Positions 33,657 to 42,854 of a DNA stretch of 64,000 nucleotides are shown here, in pieces. Below the pieces are notes generated by a model, which made no database searches, had not been told where the DNA came from, and saw only the letters and a program-made list of their open reading frames with translations. The position numbers and the translations under genes are program-made. Numbering within the stretch: position 1 is the stretch's first letter; the number at the start of each line of letters is the position of its first letter. The DNA is from Planctomycetota bacterium (GTDB lineage Bacteria; Planctomycetota; PLA2): positions 4,490 to 68,489 of the forward strand of contig JAJFFH010000008.1 of NCBI GenBank assembly GCA_021776735.1. Reading direction: 5' to 3'.

Positions 33657-35966
33657 TCAACGTGCGTGTTTCTTGCGGAGCTTGTTGGCTTGCGTTTCAA
33701 GGCGCGCATCGACGCGCAGCGCGGCTTCGCTCCGAAACACGGCCAGCGGTAGTGGACTCAGATCCTCGATGCCGCGACAGCGCGCGAGCGTCAGCGACCG
33801 CAGGTTCGGGAGTCCGCCCAGCGGCGAGAGATCACGAACCCCGTCCAGGTTTCCAATCGTCAGATGCTCGAGCCGCAAGAGGTTCGCCAGCGGTCGCAGA
33901 TCCTCGACGTGCTTCATGCCGACAAGCTGCAAGGTCGTCAGTCGCGCGAGTTGGCCCACCGGTCTCAGGCTGCGGATGTCTTGACAGTCCCGCAAGCCGA
34001 GCCGCGTGAGCCGGCCGTGACGCCCCAAGGGCGCGAGGTCCCGGGCTTGTACGCCGGTGAGCATGAGTGAACGCAACGTTCCCAGCGCCGCGAACGGATC
34101 GAGGTCGGAGAATTCGGCGGCGTTGTCGATGCGCAGCGTCGCAAGGCGCGGGAATCCCGCGAGCCTTCTCGCCAGGCGCGGCGTCGCCAGGCTCCCGATC
34201 TCGAGACGCTCGAGGTCCGGGAGTCCCTGCAACGTCTCGAGATCCTTGCGGCCGAGGCGCATGGTCGGCAACGAAACCGCGCGCAGTTTTCGCAGCTCGG
34301 CGAGCGGCGTGAGATCCGACACGGTGGTCGGAACGAGATACAGCGACGTCATTTCCGTCAAGGCGGCCAGCCTCGCGATCCGTCGGATCGTTCCGCAGCC
34401 TGCGACGGACACTGTTTTCAGGCGCACGAGTGTGCTGAGCGTCTCGAGATGCGAGAGGCCGGGGCAGCCCCGGATCGACACCTCCTCGAGTTGGTCCAAT
34501 CCCTTGAGCGGCGAAAAGTCGCGCGCCTTGCTCAAGTCCGATAGCTGGAGCCTGCGGAGATCGGCCAGGGCCGCGAGCGCTGTCAAGTCCTCGGCGCTCT
34601 TCAGGCCGTCCAGCGTGAGGATTCTGACCTTCTTGAGCTTGCCGAGCGCGCCCAAGCTCTTTATGCGCGGAAAGCCATAGAGCTGAAGCTTCTCGAGCTG
34701 CTCCAGACCGGCCAGGGCGTCGAGGTTCTCGGAATCGACGAAACCCGCGAGGTTCAACGACTTGAGCGCGGGCAGCAAGCCGATCCACTCCAGATCCTGG
34801 GCGCCGTGCTCCCGCTCCAGCCGAAGATCCTCGAGCGCGGCGCAGCCCCTGAGCACCGAAACGTCGCCGAGCTTGTCGCATTGCTGCAGGTCGAGACTGA
34901 CCAGCGCGGGCAGTTTCGCCAGCGCGCCTACATCGACCAACGCATCGCAATCCGTCAGTCCCAGGATCTCGAGCTTCGACAGGCCCGCCAGCGGCTTCAG
35001 GTCGGACAGAGTCTTGCACGCCATCACGTTCAGAAACCGAAGTCGCGACAGCGTCGCCAGCGGCGAGAGGTCTGCGAGTTCTCCCGAAGCGATGAGGTTG
35101 AGCCAGGCGAGTTTCGGAAGTGAGCCAAGGACGGCGATGTCCTTGAGCTCCTTGCATCCCTCGAGCCCGACGGTCTTGAGCACGCGCAGTGACTTGACGG
35201 GTCGCAGGTCGCTCACTCTCGGACAGCCGTAGACATCGAGAATCGAGAGCCTCTCGAGCCCGCGGAGATCCGCAAGGCCGGTGCGATCGGCGCACTCCCA
35301 GATGCTCAGCGAACGTAGGCGCGGGCTCCGATTCAGTGCCGTGAGGTTCGAGGCTCCCGCCGGGCCCGTGAGCATGAGCGCATGCAAGTGCGGCAGGCCG
35401 GCAAGCGGTGCGAGATCGAGTCTGCCGCGGCCTCCGCGCAGCGCTACCGCGACGATGTCGCCGCGACCCTTCAGCGAGGCGAGCTCGTTCGAGTCCACGT
35501 TCGAAGCCACGACGCAAAGATCGACGTTGCGCGGCGCCGCGGGCAGTTCGGCGAGCTGCGCCCCCTCGCACGACACGGTGAGGAGCCCGACGTGGTCCCT
35601 GAGAATCTGAGGCAGCGCATCCCACGCGCCCGGTTCGTCGCCGAGGACTCCGAGCAGGCGTCGTTCGCCGCCGTCGGTTCGCGTGAAAACGCGAAACCCG
35701 ACGCGCTCGAACCAGTGCTCGCGCCCGCCGCGATGCAGGCTCAACAGAGGAAGGTCGAGCGGCGTACGAATCCACTGCCCCGGTCGAATCCACAGCCCGT
35801 GCCCGGCGCCGTCGGCGGCCGTCAGAATCGCTTCAACGTGCTCCGGCCCCGACGCCCACGGGATCCGGGCCCGCCGCGATGTAACGGCACCCGAGTCGTT
35901 GCCGCAGCCAACCAGGAGCGCGAGTCCTACGAAGGCACACCGCACATGTGAGGACGCGCGACCCAT
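33657..35966 (-). CDS. leucine-rich-repeat (LRR) lipoprotein
   Basis: Lipobox FVGLALLVGC. About 25 tandem LRRs of 22-24 aa (LxxLxxLxLxxCxxLxDLxPLAxLxxL), for example LSKLEILGLTDCDALVDVGALAKLPALVSLDLQQCDKL. 769 aa. Confidence 0.85.
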   Translation of the reverse strand: MGRASSHVRCAFVGLALLVGCGNDSGAVTSRRARIPWASGPEHVEAILTAADGAGHGLWIRPGQWIRTPLDLPLLSLHRGGREHWFERVGFRVFTRTDGGERRLLGVLGDEPGAWDALPQILRDHVGLLTVSCEGAQLAELPAAPRNVDLCVVASNVDSNELASLKGRGDIVAVALRGGRGRLDLAPLAGLPHLHALMLTGPAGASNLTALNRSPRLRSLSIWECADRTGLADLRGLERLSILDVYGCPRVSDLRPVKSLRVLKTVGLEGCKELKDIAVLGSLPKLAWLNLIASGELADLSPLATLSRLRFLNVMACKTLSDLKPLAGLSKLEILGLTDCDALVDVGALAKLPALVSLDLQQCDKLGDVSVLRGCAALEDLRLEREHGAQDLEWIGLLPALKSLNLAGFVDSENLDALAGLEQLEKLQLYGFPRIKSLGALGKLKKVRILTLDGLKSAEDLTALAALADLRRLQLSDLSKARDFSPLKGLDQLEEVSIRGCPGLSHLETLSTLVRLKTVSVAGCGTIRRIARLAALTEMTSLYLVPTTVSDLTPLAELRKLRAVSLPTMRLGRKDLETLQGLPDLERLEIGSLATPRLARRLAGFPRLATLRIDNAAEFSDLDPFAALGTLRSLMLTGVQARDLAPLGRHGRLTRLGLRDCQDIRSLRPVGQLARLTTLQLVGMKHVEDLRPLANLLRLEHLTIGNLDGVRDLSPLGGLPNLRSLTLARCRGIEDLSPLPLAVFRSEAALRVDARLETQANKLRKKHAR

Positions 35967-35972
35967 GCCCCG

Positions 35973-35978
35973 ATCCTA
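35973..35978 (-). promoter_or_regulatory. -10-like hexamer TAGGAT, 6 nt before ATG 35966
   Basis: Bottom strand reads TAGGAT-cggggc-ATG; suggests the LRR gene has its own promoter. Confidence 0.5.
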
Positions 35979-36019
35979 CCGTGGGCGGGGCGGGATCGGG
36001 GACAAGGATCGAGGGTGTT

Positions 36020-36146
36020 CCGCTACGCAACGGCGAGGTCTTGGAGGCGCTGCAGGACGCCATCCGCCGTTTCGACGAGATCTGGGACGGACTCTACGGC
36101 CCGACGCGTAGGTCAATCCCGGAGGCAGCGTACGGACGGCGATAGC
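36020..36146 (+). repeat. direct repeat copy 2 (degenerate duplicate of the 3' end of gene 32363..33610 plus motif)
   Basis: Encodes ...RNGEVLEALQDAIRRFDEIWDGLY, compared with ...RNGEVLEALPLPDAIRRADEIWDGLYDPDA in the intact gene. A 1-nt deletion destroys the original stop context. Confidence 0.85.
36128..36146 (-). repeat. ATCGCCGTCCGT motif copy (exact core 36132-36143, bottom strand)
   Basis: GCGTACGGACGGCGATAGC at the end of direct repeat copy 2; 59 nt before the TIR gene stop. Confidence 0.9.
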
Positions 36147-36205
36147 CCCTGTGTCGGACACGAATCCCGTGGGAGGCGCTTGCACAAGGATCTGATCACG
36201 TTGAA

Positions 36206-37855
36206 TCAACGACTGCGGTGTGCGAGCCACCGCTTACGGTGAAATGCCAGCACGTAGTCGACGTGGCGGTTGGATGATCCCAGTCCTATTGAACCGGGTG
36301 ACGTGTTCTTGTCCGGCAGGATGTCGCGAAGGACCTCGTCGGCCAGTCGGAGGTTCAACAGTTGCATTTTGTCTGTAATGGACCCATCGCCGGCGAGGCT
36401 CTTTCGCACCGTCAGCATGCGGTTGAAGATCGTCGGAAACGCCGGCTGGCCGAGCGCAACGAGACTCTCCTTCGCGACCAGCGACTCGCCGACCGTGGCG
36501 TCGAACATCATGTCGATGAGCCGACCGATTCTTCGCGTGAAGCCTGGCGCATCGGCAGCGTTGCCGTGTTTTCTGATCGGCTCCACTCGTTCCTTCTTGC
36601 CGCGGAGTCCGATCGAGGAGGCAGCGCCCGGGCCCTCGAAGGCACCGCTCTTGTCGGATTTCGGCACGACCCGGCTGTCGGGCGCTATCTGGACCGCGAC
36701 CGTGTTGCTCTGGACAGTGCCCGTGTGCGTTTGAGCCGTCAGGTGGACGTGGAGCAGGCCGGTACGCGTGCCCCGGATCAGGACCGCGCCGTTTCTCGGG
36801 CCCTTCACGACCGCGGCGCTCGGGCGCGGGTCGCATTGCACTCGCAGCGCCGTGTCCGGAACGCTGTTCGATTCGAACGAGTAGCGGAGCGAGAACTCGT
36901 GACCGATCGTCGCCTCCCGCGGCCCTGCAAGGGTCAGCTTGGGTCGACCCCCTTCGTACTTTGATCGCTTCGGATTGTTGTCGCGAGAGACCAGCCAGAT
37001 CAGGAAGACTCCGAGCGGGATCAACCCAATCATGATCCAGCGGGCCTTGGTCGATCCCGGTGTCTTGTCGCGGCTACGCGTTGACCGCGGCGAGCTGATT
37101 GATTTCCGTGCATGCCCGCGCCGGCGCGTTCGCGCCCGATCAGACCTCCGTCGGTGTTTCGTGCGGGTCTTGCCCTTCCTCTTTCGTGTGGGAACCGGGT
37201 TGGGCTGTTCGTCGATGTTGGGTACAGGCCCGGGTTCGGGTTCGGGTTCGGGTTCGGGTTCGGGTTCGGGTTCGGGTTCGGGTTCGGGTTCGGGTTCGGG
37301 TTCGGGGTCGGGGTCGGGTTCGGGTTCGGGGTCGGGTTCGGGTTCGGGTTCGGGTTCGGGGTCGGGTTCGGGTTCGGGGTCGGGTTCGGGTTCGGGATCC
37401 GTCGTCGGTCCCGGCGAGGCGATTGCGGACGAGTCGGGTTCGGTGGCACGCTGGTAGTTCAGCAGTTCCGCAACGGCGCGCGACAGGTGGTCCAGGTGTT
37501 CGTCCAGCGGTTCGGTCAAGGCATCGAGCCAGTGGGAAGCTCCGATGTAGTACTCGACCGCGTCGCTCGGGGGCCTGTCCTGGATTCGGAATGGGAGAAT
37601 CGCCGCGTTGTTTGCCACGGCACGCTCCAGCTCGCGAAGCACCTGACTCGATTGATTGGAGTGTTCCGAGTAGATGAGCACAAACACCCTTGCGCTCCGA
37701 ATCGCACGGTTGATCTCGCCGGCCCATGTCGCGCCCGCACGAATGTCGCGCGGCGCGATCCAGCAACGGACGCCCGCCGCCTCCAGCCGTGCGCAGGCCG
37801 CGTCGGCCACAGGCTTGTCCTTCGTAGAGTGGCAAATGAAGATATCGTGCGCCAC
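36206..37855 (-). CDS. membrane-anchored TIR-domain protein (N-terminal TIR, acidic PE/PD repeat, TM, extracytoplasmic domain)
   Basis: TIR_2-like [80 protein letters not shown]. Then about 55 residues of (P-E/D)n, a basic stretch, the [19 protein letters not shown], and a C-terminal domain of about 270 aa. Confidence 0.85.
   Translation of the reverse strand: MAHDIFICHSTKDKPVADAACARLEAAGVRCWIAPRDIRAGATWAGEINRAIRSARVFVLIYSEHSNQSSQVLRELERAVANNAAILPFRIQDRPPSDAVEYYIGASHWLDALTEPLDEHLDHLSRAVAELLNYQRATEPDSSAIASPGPTTDPEPEPDPEPEPDPEPEPEPEPDPEPEPDPDPEPEPEPEPEPEPEPEPEPEPEPEPGPVPNIDEQPNPVPTRKRKGKTRTKHRRRSDRARTRRRGHARKSISSPRSTRSRDKTPGSTKARWIMIGLIPLGVFLIWLVSRDNNPKRSKYEGGRPKLTLAGPREATIGHEFSLRYSFESNSVPDTALRVQCDPRPSAAVVKGPRNGAVLIRGTRTGLLHVHLTAQTHTGTVQSNTVAVQIAPDSRVVPKSDKSGAFEGPGAASSIGLRGKKERVEPIRKHGNAADAPGFTRRIGRLIDMMFDATVGESLVAKESLVALGQPAFPTIFNRMLTVRKSLAGDGSITDKMQLLNLRLADEVLRDILPDKNTSPGSIGLGSSNRHVDYVLAFHRKRWLAHRSR
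37231..37396. repeat. hexanucleotide microsatellite (GGGTTC/GGGGTC)n, about 27 units, inside the TIR gene
   Basis: Read directly from the sequence. On the coding strand it gives the PEPEPD... linker. The unit length of 6 keeps any expansion or contraction in frame. Confidence 0.95.
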
Positions 37856-37953
37856 GGGTCAGCCGTTTCAGGTCGCCCGCAGGCTACCATCGACGGCACG
37901 CCGCGATAACCCCGGCTCTCCGAAGGATCCGCGAAGCCTCTCGACGCAGGACG

Positions 37954-38778
37954 CTACCCCTTCCGGATCGCTTGCGCGGCCATCTTGCTCGCGAAGCGCA
38001 GCGCGCCGCGGCCCGACTTCGCGTTTTCGTCGAGGACCGGCAAGGCGCTCCTGGCCGCCGCTCCGATCTTGCCCAGCGCGTGCGCCGCCTTGGCGCGCGT
38101 GAAGTCCGGCTTGCCCGACTTGACCGCTTCGATGAGCGCGGGCACCGCGTCGGCCGCGGCCGGTCCGATCTTTCCCAGCCCCTCGGCCATGTGCGGGCGA
38201 TTCTTTGCCGGTCCGTCTTGAAGCAGCTCGATCAGGCGCGGGATCGCGACGTGGCCGGTCTTACCGAGGCGCCCGAGGGCCTGGGCGACGTGCTGCGCAT
38301 CGACGGGATGCTCCAGCAGCTTGATCAACGCGGGCATCGCCGGTCCGGCGCCGTCGCCCATTTCGGCGATCTTGCTGATCGCGAACGCGCGATTCGAATC
38401 CGCCTCGTCGTTGCGCGCCACAGTGACCAGCGCATCGCGCACCTTCGCGAGCAGCGCCGGATGTTTCTGAAAGTGCCCCGGCGCCGACGGCAACGACATG
38501 ATCGCCATCGCGCGCTGTTTCTTGTCGGCACTCTTGAGGTTCGCCAGCGTCGGATCGACCTGCGCCGGGGTGTACTGCATCAGCTTGAACGCCGGGATGT
38601 CCGGCTTTCGCGCGGGCGTCCGGGTCGGGGGCGGTTCCTCGTCGTCGTCGCCACATCCGCAGCCGGGATTCGTATCAGTCGAGCAGCCGCAGCCCTGGTC
38701 GAACGACGAGTCGTCGTCCGGCTCTTGGTCGCAGGCGCAAAGAGCGAGCATCAGGCAGAGTGAGATAGCGTGCTTCAT
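37954..38778 (-). CDS. HEAT-repeat lipoprotein
   Basis: Lipobox LMLALCAC followed by a Cys/Asp-rich spacer. HEAT-like repeats include AMPALIKLLEHPVDAQHVAQALGRLG, AIPRLIELLQDGPAKNRPHMAEGLGKIG, AVPALIEAVKSGKPDFTRAKAAHALGKIG. Confidence 0.8.
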   Translation of the reverse strand: MKHAISLCLMLALCACDQEPDDDSSFDQGCGCSTDTNPGCGCGDDDEEPPPTRTPARKPDIPAFKLMQYTPAQVDPTLANLKSADKKQRAMAIMSLPSAPGHFQKHPALLAKVRDALVTVARNDEADSNRAFAISKIAEMGDGAGPAMPALIKLLEHPVDAQHVAQALGRLGKTGHVAIPRLIELLQDGPAKNRPHMAEGLGKIGPAAADAVPALIEAVKSGKPDFTRAKAAHALGKIGAAARSALPVLDENAKSGRGALRFASKMAAQAIRKG

Positions 38779-38887
38779 GGAGGGATCCTGTCGTCAGAAT
38801 AGTTGCGGTACCAAGGGGAACCGAACAGGAAAAAAGGACGGGGGGGCGGAGGGCGGGGCTCAGAAACAGCTGGGGGTCCGGCGGCCG

Positions 38888-38906
38888 TACATCGCCGTCG
38901 GTTTGC
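38888..38906 (+). repeat. ATCGCCGTCCGT motif, variant copy
   Basis: TACATCGCCGTCGGTTTGC (one mismatch); 63 nt upstream of ATG 38970. Confidence 0.75.
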
Positions 38907-38969
38907 TACCGCCAACGGTCTCTCCAAAAAACCGTGTCCGCTCCCCCTGCAAAAGCCGTTTGAGGATCC

Positions 38970-41900
38970 ATGCGGTACACCTTGTTCGCGGCCCTTCTCC
39001 TTGCCGGATGCTCCACCAGCAACCCCGTTGCTCCCGTTGCGTCCTCGGCGCACATCGGCGCCGCCGGCGGCACGATCACGTCGGCCGACGGCCGGCTGAC
39101 GTTGCAGGTTCCGGCCGGCGCGCTGCCGACCGAGACCACGATCACGATCGACGTCGTGACCGTGTCCGCGAACGATGTGCCCGGGACGACCGCGGGCGCG
39201 GCGTATGAATTGGGCCCGGACGGGACGCAGTTTGCGACGCCGGTGACGGTGTTGTGGCTGCTGCCCGACGCGGATGCGCAGGGCCGGCGCGGGCTGCCGT
39301 TCTTGACCGTGTCGGGTGGCGTTCGCCAACAGCTCGACGAGCCCGTGATCGACGTGGCAGGGGATGGCAGTGCGGTGGTCGGTGGCACGCTGGCGCAGCT
39401 CTCAACGGTGGTGGGGCTGGTCGCGGACGGGATCACGTTCTCGTTCGAGTTCGACGGTACGTCTGCGCTTGTCGGCGAGGCGATCGAGGGCTCTCTGCTT
39501 TTCCATATCACCGACTCCGAACTCGTCGATTCGGCCACGCTGCGGCCGACCTTCGAACCTGCCGGGGGCTACTCGTTCGAAGGTTCGATCCCGATCGCGC
39601 AGGTGCTGCCGTTCGACGATCCGGTCACAGTGGATGTCGTCTATCGCTGCGAGGCCGCGAACGACGGTCGCATCGGCGTCGCGATCGAGCTTGTCGGCGC
39701 GGCGCTGGCGCTGATGAACCCCGAGGGCGTGGAGTTCAAGCAGCCGCACATCTTCGCCACCTCCGAATGCCGGGCGGTGCCCGCACCGAAGCGGCGCAAC
39801 GCGGCGGCGGCGACACGGCTGCTCTTCGTGCAGGCGCTTGATGTCGCGGGGAAGCCGGTCGAGGGCGCGGAGGTGCTGGTGAAGGATCTCCTTGGCTCGA
39901 CCGCCTCCGCAACCACGGACGCCGACGGTTTAGCCGCGATTGTCGCCGGCCCCACCGGCACGGTCGTGGTGACCATCAAGAAGGAGTTCGTGGACGCGGT
40001 GGCGCGCGTCGAACGACGGATTGTGATGTCGCTCGTGGGTGTCCTGACCATGCCGGGCCTGGTGCTGCGGGCTCCCGGAGACACGCGGACCGTCGAGCGC
40101 GACGGGGACGACGTGGTCACGACAGGCGGGACGTTGACCGACGGGGCGGTTTCGGTCGAGGTTCCGACCGGAGGAAAAGTAGAGGGGGGCGCGGGGGCGT
40201 CGGTGGAGTTGTCGGTCACGGAGCAGGTGCCGCACCACGCCATCGCGCCGCCGCCGAGCGTTGCCATGGCCGTCGTGCTGGACGTGGCCGATGAGGCAGG
40301 GGCCGCGCTCAACTTCGTTGCCGCCAATGCCGTCGCGGGTGTGTCGGCGCGGGTCGATGCCGCCCTGTTTGCGGAGGGCGTCACGCCGCAGGCATTCGTA
40401 TTCAATCAGGGGTTGAGGGAATGGCTGGGCCGGGGCGCCGGCACGAAGGTGGGCGACAAGTGGGTCTTCGACAAACTCGTCACGCAAACCGGCACATACG
40501 GTTTCGGTCGGTTCACGACCCCAGGTGACATCACGATCATCGTCGAGGACGCGGACGACAGGCCGTTGCCGAATGCGGAAGTCCGTCTCAAGACAGGGGA
40601 ACGGGGAGTAACGGACGCCAACGGGCGGGTCACGATCTCCGCCGCGAATGAGCCGAATACCGCGACCGTTTTCAGTCTCTTCCTCTCCGAACCCGAGGAG
40701 ATCGACATTCCGGGAACCGGCGATCTCGGGACGCATGTGGCGGAGGGGCTGAACGGTGGCTGCGCGATCGGCATTCGGACGATCTTCGACGGCGAGGACG
40801 CGCCGTTCACGGACGGGACCATTGATGTCGGCGGAGCGGTCTTCGGATTTCGCTCGAACGAGGCGGCGTACTTCGGTGGAGTAGTGCCGAGCGGACAGGG
40901 CGACCTGAACGTGTTCGGGACGATGTTCGATTTTGAAGCGGATGTCTATTCCACGCGCTTTTTTGCCGTTCAGGCGCACACGCCCAATGCGGAGGGAACC
41001 GAGACAACCTTTCGTGTCCTCGTGACGGCGGACTACAGCTTGCCGATGGCGCATGCTGCCAGCGGCGCTCATGTGCGGTACACCGATCCGAGCGGTCAGG
41101 TTCGGTTGGGCTACACGAACCAGTTCGGAGGGCTGACCGTCCCGCGCCAGGAGACGTTCGACAACCTCTCGTTCCGGCTCAACATCGTGCGCGATGGAAT
41201 CGGGCAGATGGTGATGAGGTCTTTCGCCTCGACGATCACCGGCGAGGAGAGCGTTGCGTGCATGCTCGCGGCCAACGCGCGTCCGTTTTACGGGGGCCGG
41301 GTCGAGCTCACGGTAAGCGGTACCTACAATCGGACCGCAGAGGGGGAGACGTTCATCCAGAGCCACGTAAGGGCGAACAGCGGGATCACCCGGCAGATTT
41401 CTCACACCTCCGGCGCGTTCGAGATCGGCGCGTCCTCCGGCGACAACGACGTGTACGCCCTGACGTTCGTGGTCGAGGGTGTGACCCCGCAGAATCCGGT
41501 CGGGTCTCGACGGACGACCGGGATTGCCCATACCCCCGCCGACGCCGGCGTCACCGATGTCGGTGAACTGGAGGAGCGACTCTTCAACCGCCCGTTGCGG
41601 ATCAACTTCCAGGGGCCCATCGACTTCTTGACCGCGGGCCAGTTCATCCGTCCGACGCCGGTCCATCCGCGGGCCGCGATCAGCGCGGAGTTGGGCCAGC
41701 CGCAACAAAACTGGGACGTGCAACTCGCGGAGATCGAGGACGTTCCGCTTCAGGTGGTCGTAAACCAGTTCGATGGGAGCGGGAGGATCACCTACCACGG
41801 CACGTTCGCATCGTTCGACGAGGAGCTCAACGTCAACAACGCCGACGGAAGACCGCGCGTGCTGAACGTCGGCGGGGACGGCGTCGGGTTGGAAAGCCTG

Positions 41901-42278
41901 GTTCCCGGCAGCATCTACCGGATTGAGGAGCGACGGCCCGCGTTTGGGCAATCGGTCGTCGTCGATTTCGTGGCGACCTCCACGACGCAGTTCGTACCTA
42001 CTCCCGTGTCCCTGAATCCCGCGACGATCGAGGTCTCGCGCGTCCGCCCGTTCTTTCCCGGCTTGAGTCCTTTGCCGAGTTTGAACCGCTGGCCGACGTT
42101 TGATCGCAACGGGGGCCTGGCCCTGGCGATCGGTCTCCTGGTCGATGACCCCCTTGCGCTCGCGAGCGTCCGCCATGCCGAGGGTCTGGACCTGTTTGGC
42201 GGGTTCGGCACGTACGAGTTCACGGAGAACGTAGTCGTGGGCGTCACGAATATTGAGCAGATCTTCGCCGATAGGTAG
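38970..42278 (+). CDS. very large lipoprotein (1102 aa) with carboxypeptidase-regulatory-like segments
   Basis: Lipobox FAALLLAGC. Segments such as VLVKDLLGSTASATTDADGLAAIVAGPTGTVVVTI and IIVEDADDRPLPNAEVRLKTGERGVTDANGRVTIS resemble CarboxypepD_reg/Ig-like modules. Otherwise unassigned. Confidence 0.8.
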   Translation: MRYTLFAALLLAGCSTSNPVAPVASSAHIGAAGGTITSADGRLTLQVPAGALPTETTITIDVVTVSANDVPGTTAGAAYELGPDGTQFATPVTVLWLLPDADAQGRRGLPFLTVSGGVRQQLDEPVIDVAGDGSAVVGGTLAQLSTVVGLVADGITFSFEFDGTSALVGEAIEGSLLFHITDSELVDSATLRPTFEPAGGYSFEGSIPIAQVLPFDDPVTVDVVYRCEAANDGRIGVAIELVGAALALMNPEGVEFKQPHIFATSECRAVPAPKRRNAAAATRLLFVQALDVAGKPVEGAEVLVKDLLGSTASATTDADGLAAIVAGPTGTVVVTIKKEFVDAVARVERRIVMSLVGVLTMPGLVLRAPGDTRTVERDGDDVVTTGGTLTDGAVSVEVPTGGKVEGGAGASVELSVTEQVPHHAIAPPPSVAMAVVLDVADEAGAALNFVAANAVAGVSARVDAALFAEGVTPQAFVFNQGLREWLGRGAGTKVGDKWVFDKLVTQTGTYGFGRFTTPGDITIIVEDADDRPLPNAEVRLKTGERGVTDANGRVTISAANEPNTATVFSLFLSEPEEIDIPGTGDLGTHVAEGLNGGCAIGIRTIFDGEDAPFTDGTIDVGGAVFGFRSNEAAYFGGVVPSGQGDLNVFGTMFDFEADVYSTRFFAVQAHTPNAEGTETTFRVLVTADYSLPMAHAASGAHVRYTDPSGQVRLGYTNQFGGLTVPRQETFDNLSFRLNIVRDGIGQMVMRSFASTITGEESVACMLAANARPFYGGRVELTVSGTYNRTAEGETFIQSHVRANSGITRQISHTSGAFEIGASSGDNDVYALTFVVEGVTPQNPVGSRRTTGIAHTPADAGVTDVGELEERLFNRPLRINFQGPIDFLTAGQFIRPTPVHPRAAISAELGQPQQNWDVQLAEIEDVPLQVVVNQFDGSGRITYHGTFASFDEELNVNNADGRPRVLNVGGDGVGLESLVPGSIYRIEERRPAFGQSVVVDFVATSTTQFVPTPVSLNPATIEVSRVRPFFPGLSPLPSLNRWPTFDRNGGLALAIGLLVDDPLALASVRHAEGLDLFGGFGTYEFTENVVVGVTNIEQIFADR

Positions 42279-42284
42279 GGCGTC

Positions 42285-42854
42285 CTACGTCCGCGCCAAG
42301 CCGCGTGCCCGTCGCGCGAGCCGGTGGGCCTTGCGGAAACGGTCCAGCGCGCGCAGCCGGGCGCGCCGGGCCGCCTCGTACGTCACGCCGAGTCGCGCCG
42401 CCATCTCGTCGAGTTCCACGTCCTCGCAGGACCAGCGTACGAGTTGCTGGTCGCGCGGCAGCAGTGCGGTCACGGCGTCGTAGGCGATGGCCAGCGCCTC
42501 GCGCCGTTCGGCGAAGGTCGCGGGTCCGGTCGAGTCGCGCACCGGCTCCGCAGCCGCGTGCGCGTCGCTGGTCGATGACGCCGCCTCGGTCAGGCGCAGC
42601 AGTGCGCCCGGCCGCCGCCGCACGGCCATCCAGTACGCGTGACGGTCCGCCAAGTGCGAGCGCGCCAGCTGGTGCATCCATTCCAGGAACGGTTTTTTGC
42701 CGCGGAACTCGAAATGCTCCTGCTTGAGCGCGCGCAGGTGGATGCCCTGCACCAGATCCTCCGGCGCCTCGAAGCGCAGCACGCGGCCGCCGCGGCGGGT
42801 GACGAAGGCCAGTAGCGCCTCGCGATGACGCTGGAGCAGTTCGGCCAGCGTCAC
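42285..42854 (-). CDS. ECF sigma factor, translationally coupled to the upstream Ser/Thr kinase
   Basis: 189 aa from GTG 42854. Region 2-like PEDLVQGIHLRALK and region 4-like RDQQLVRWSCEDVELDEMAARLGVTYEAARRARLRALDRFRKA. The start overlaps the kinase stop as GTGA. Confidence 0.8.
   Translation of the reverse strand: MTLAELLQRHREALLAFVTRRGGRVLRFEAPEDLVQGIHLRALKQEHFEFRGKKPFLEWMHQLARSHLADRHAYWMAVRRRPGALLRLTEAASSTSDAHAAAEPVRDSTGPATFAERREALAIAYDAVTALLPRDQQLVRWSCEDVELDEMAARLGVTYEAARRARLRALDRFRKAHRLARRARGLART

Noticed and set aside
35121-35138. Partial matches to the 12-mer (GGACGGCGATG-type) at 35121, 59697, 10370, 4490, 46205 and 261-279.
   Set aside because: Only 9-11 nt match, and they fall in codons for I-A-V-L/F or D-G-E runs within well-supported genes. 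Codon-driven chance similarity seems sufficient, so they are not counted among the copies.
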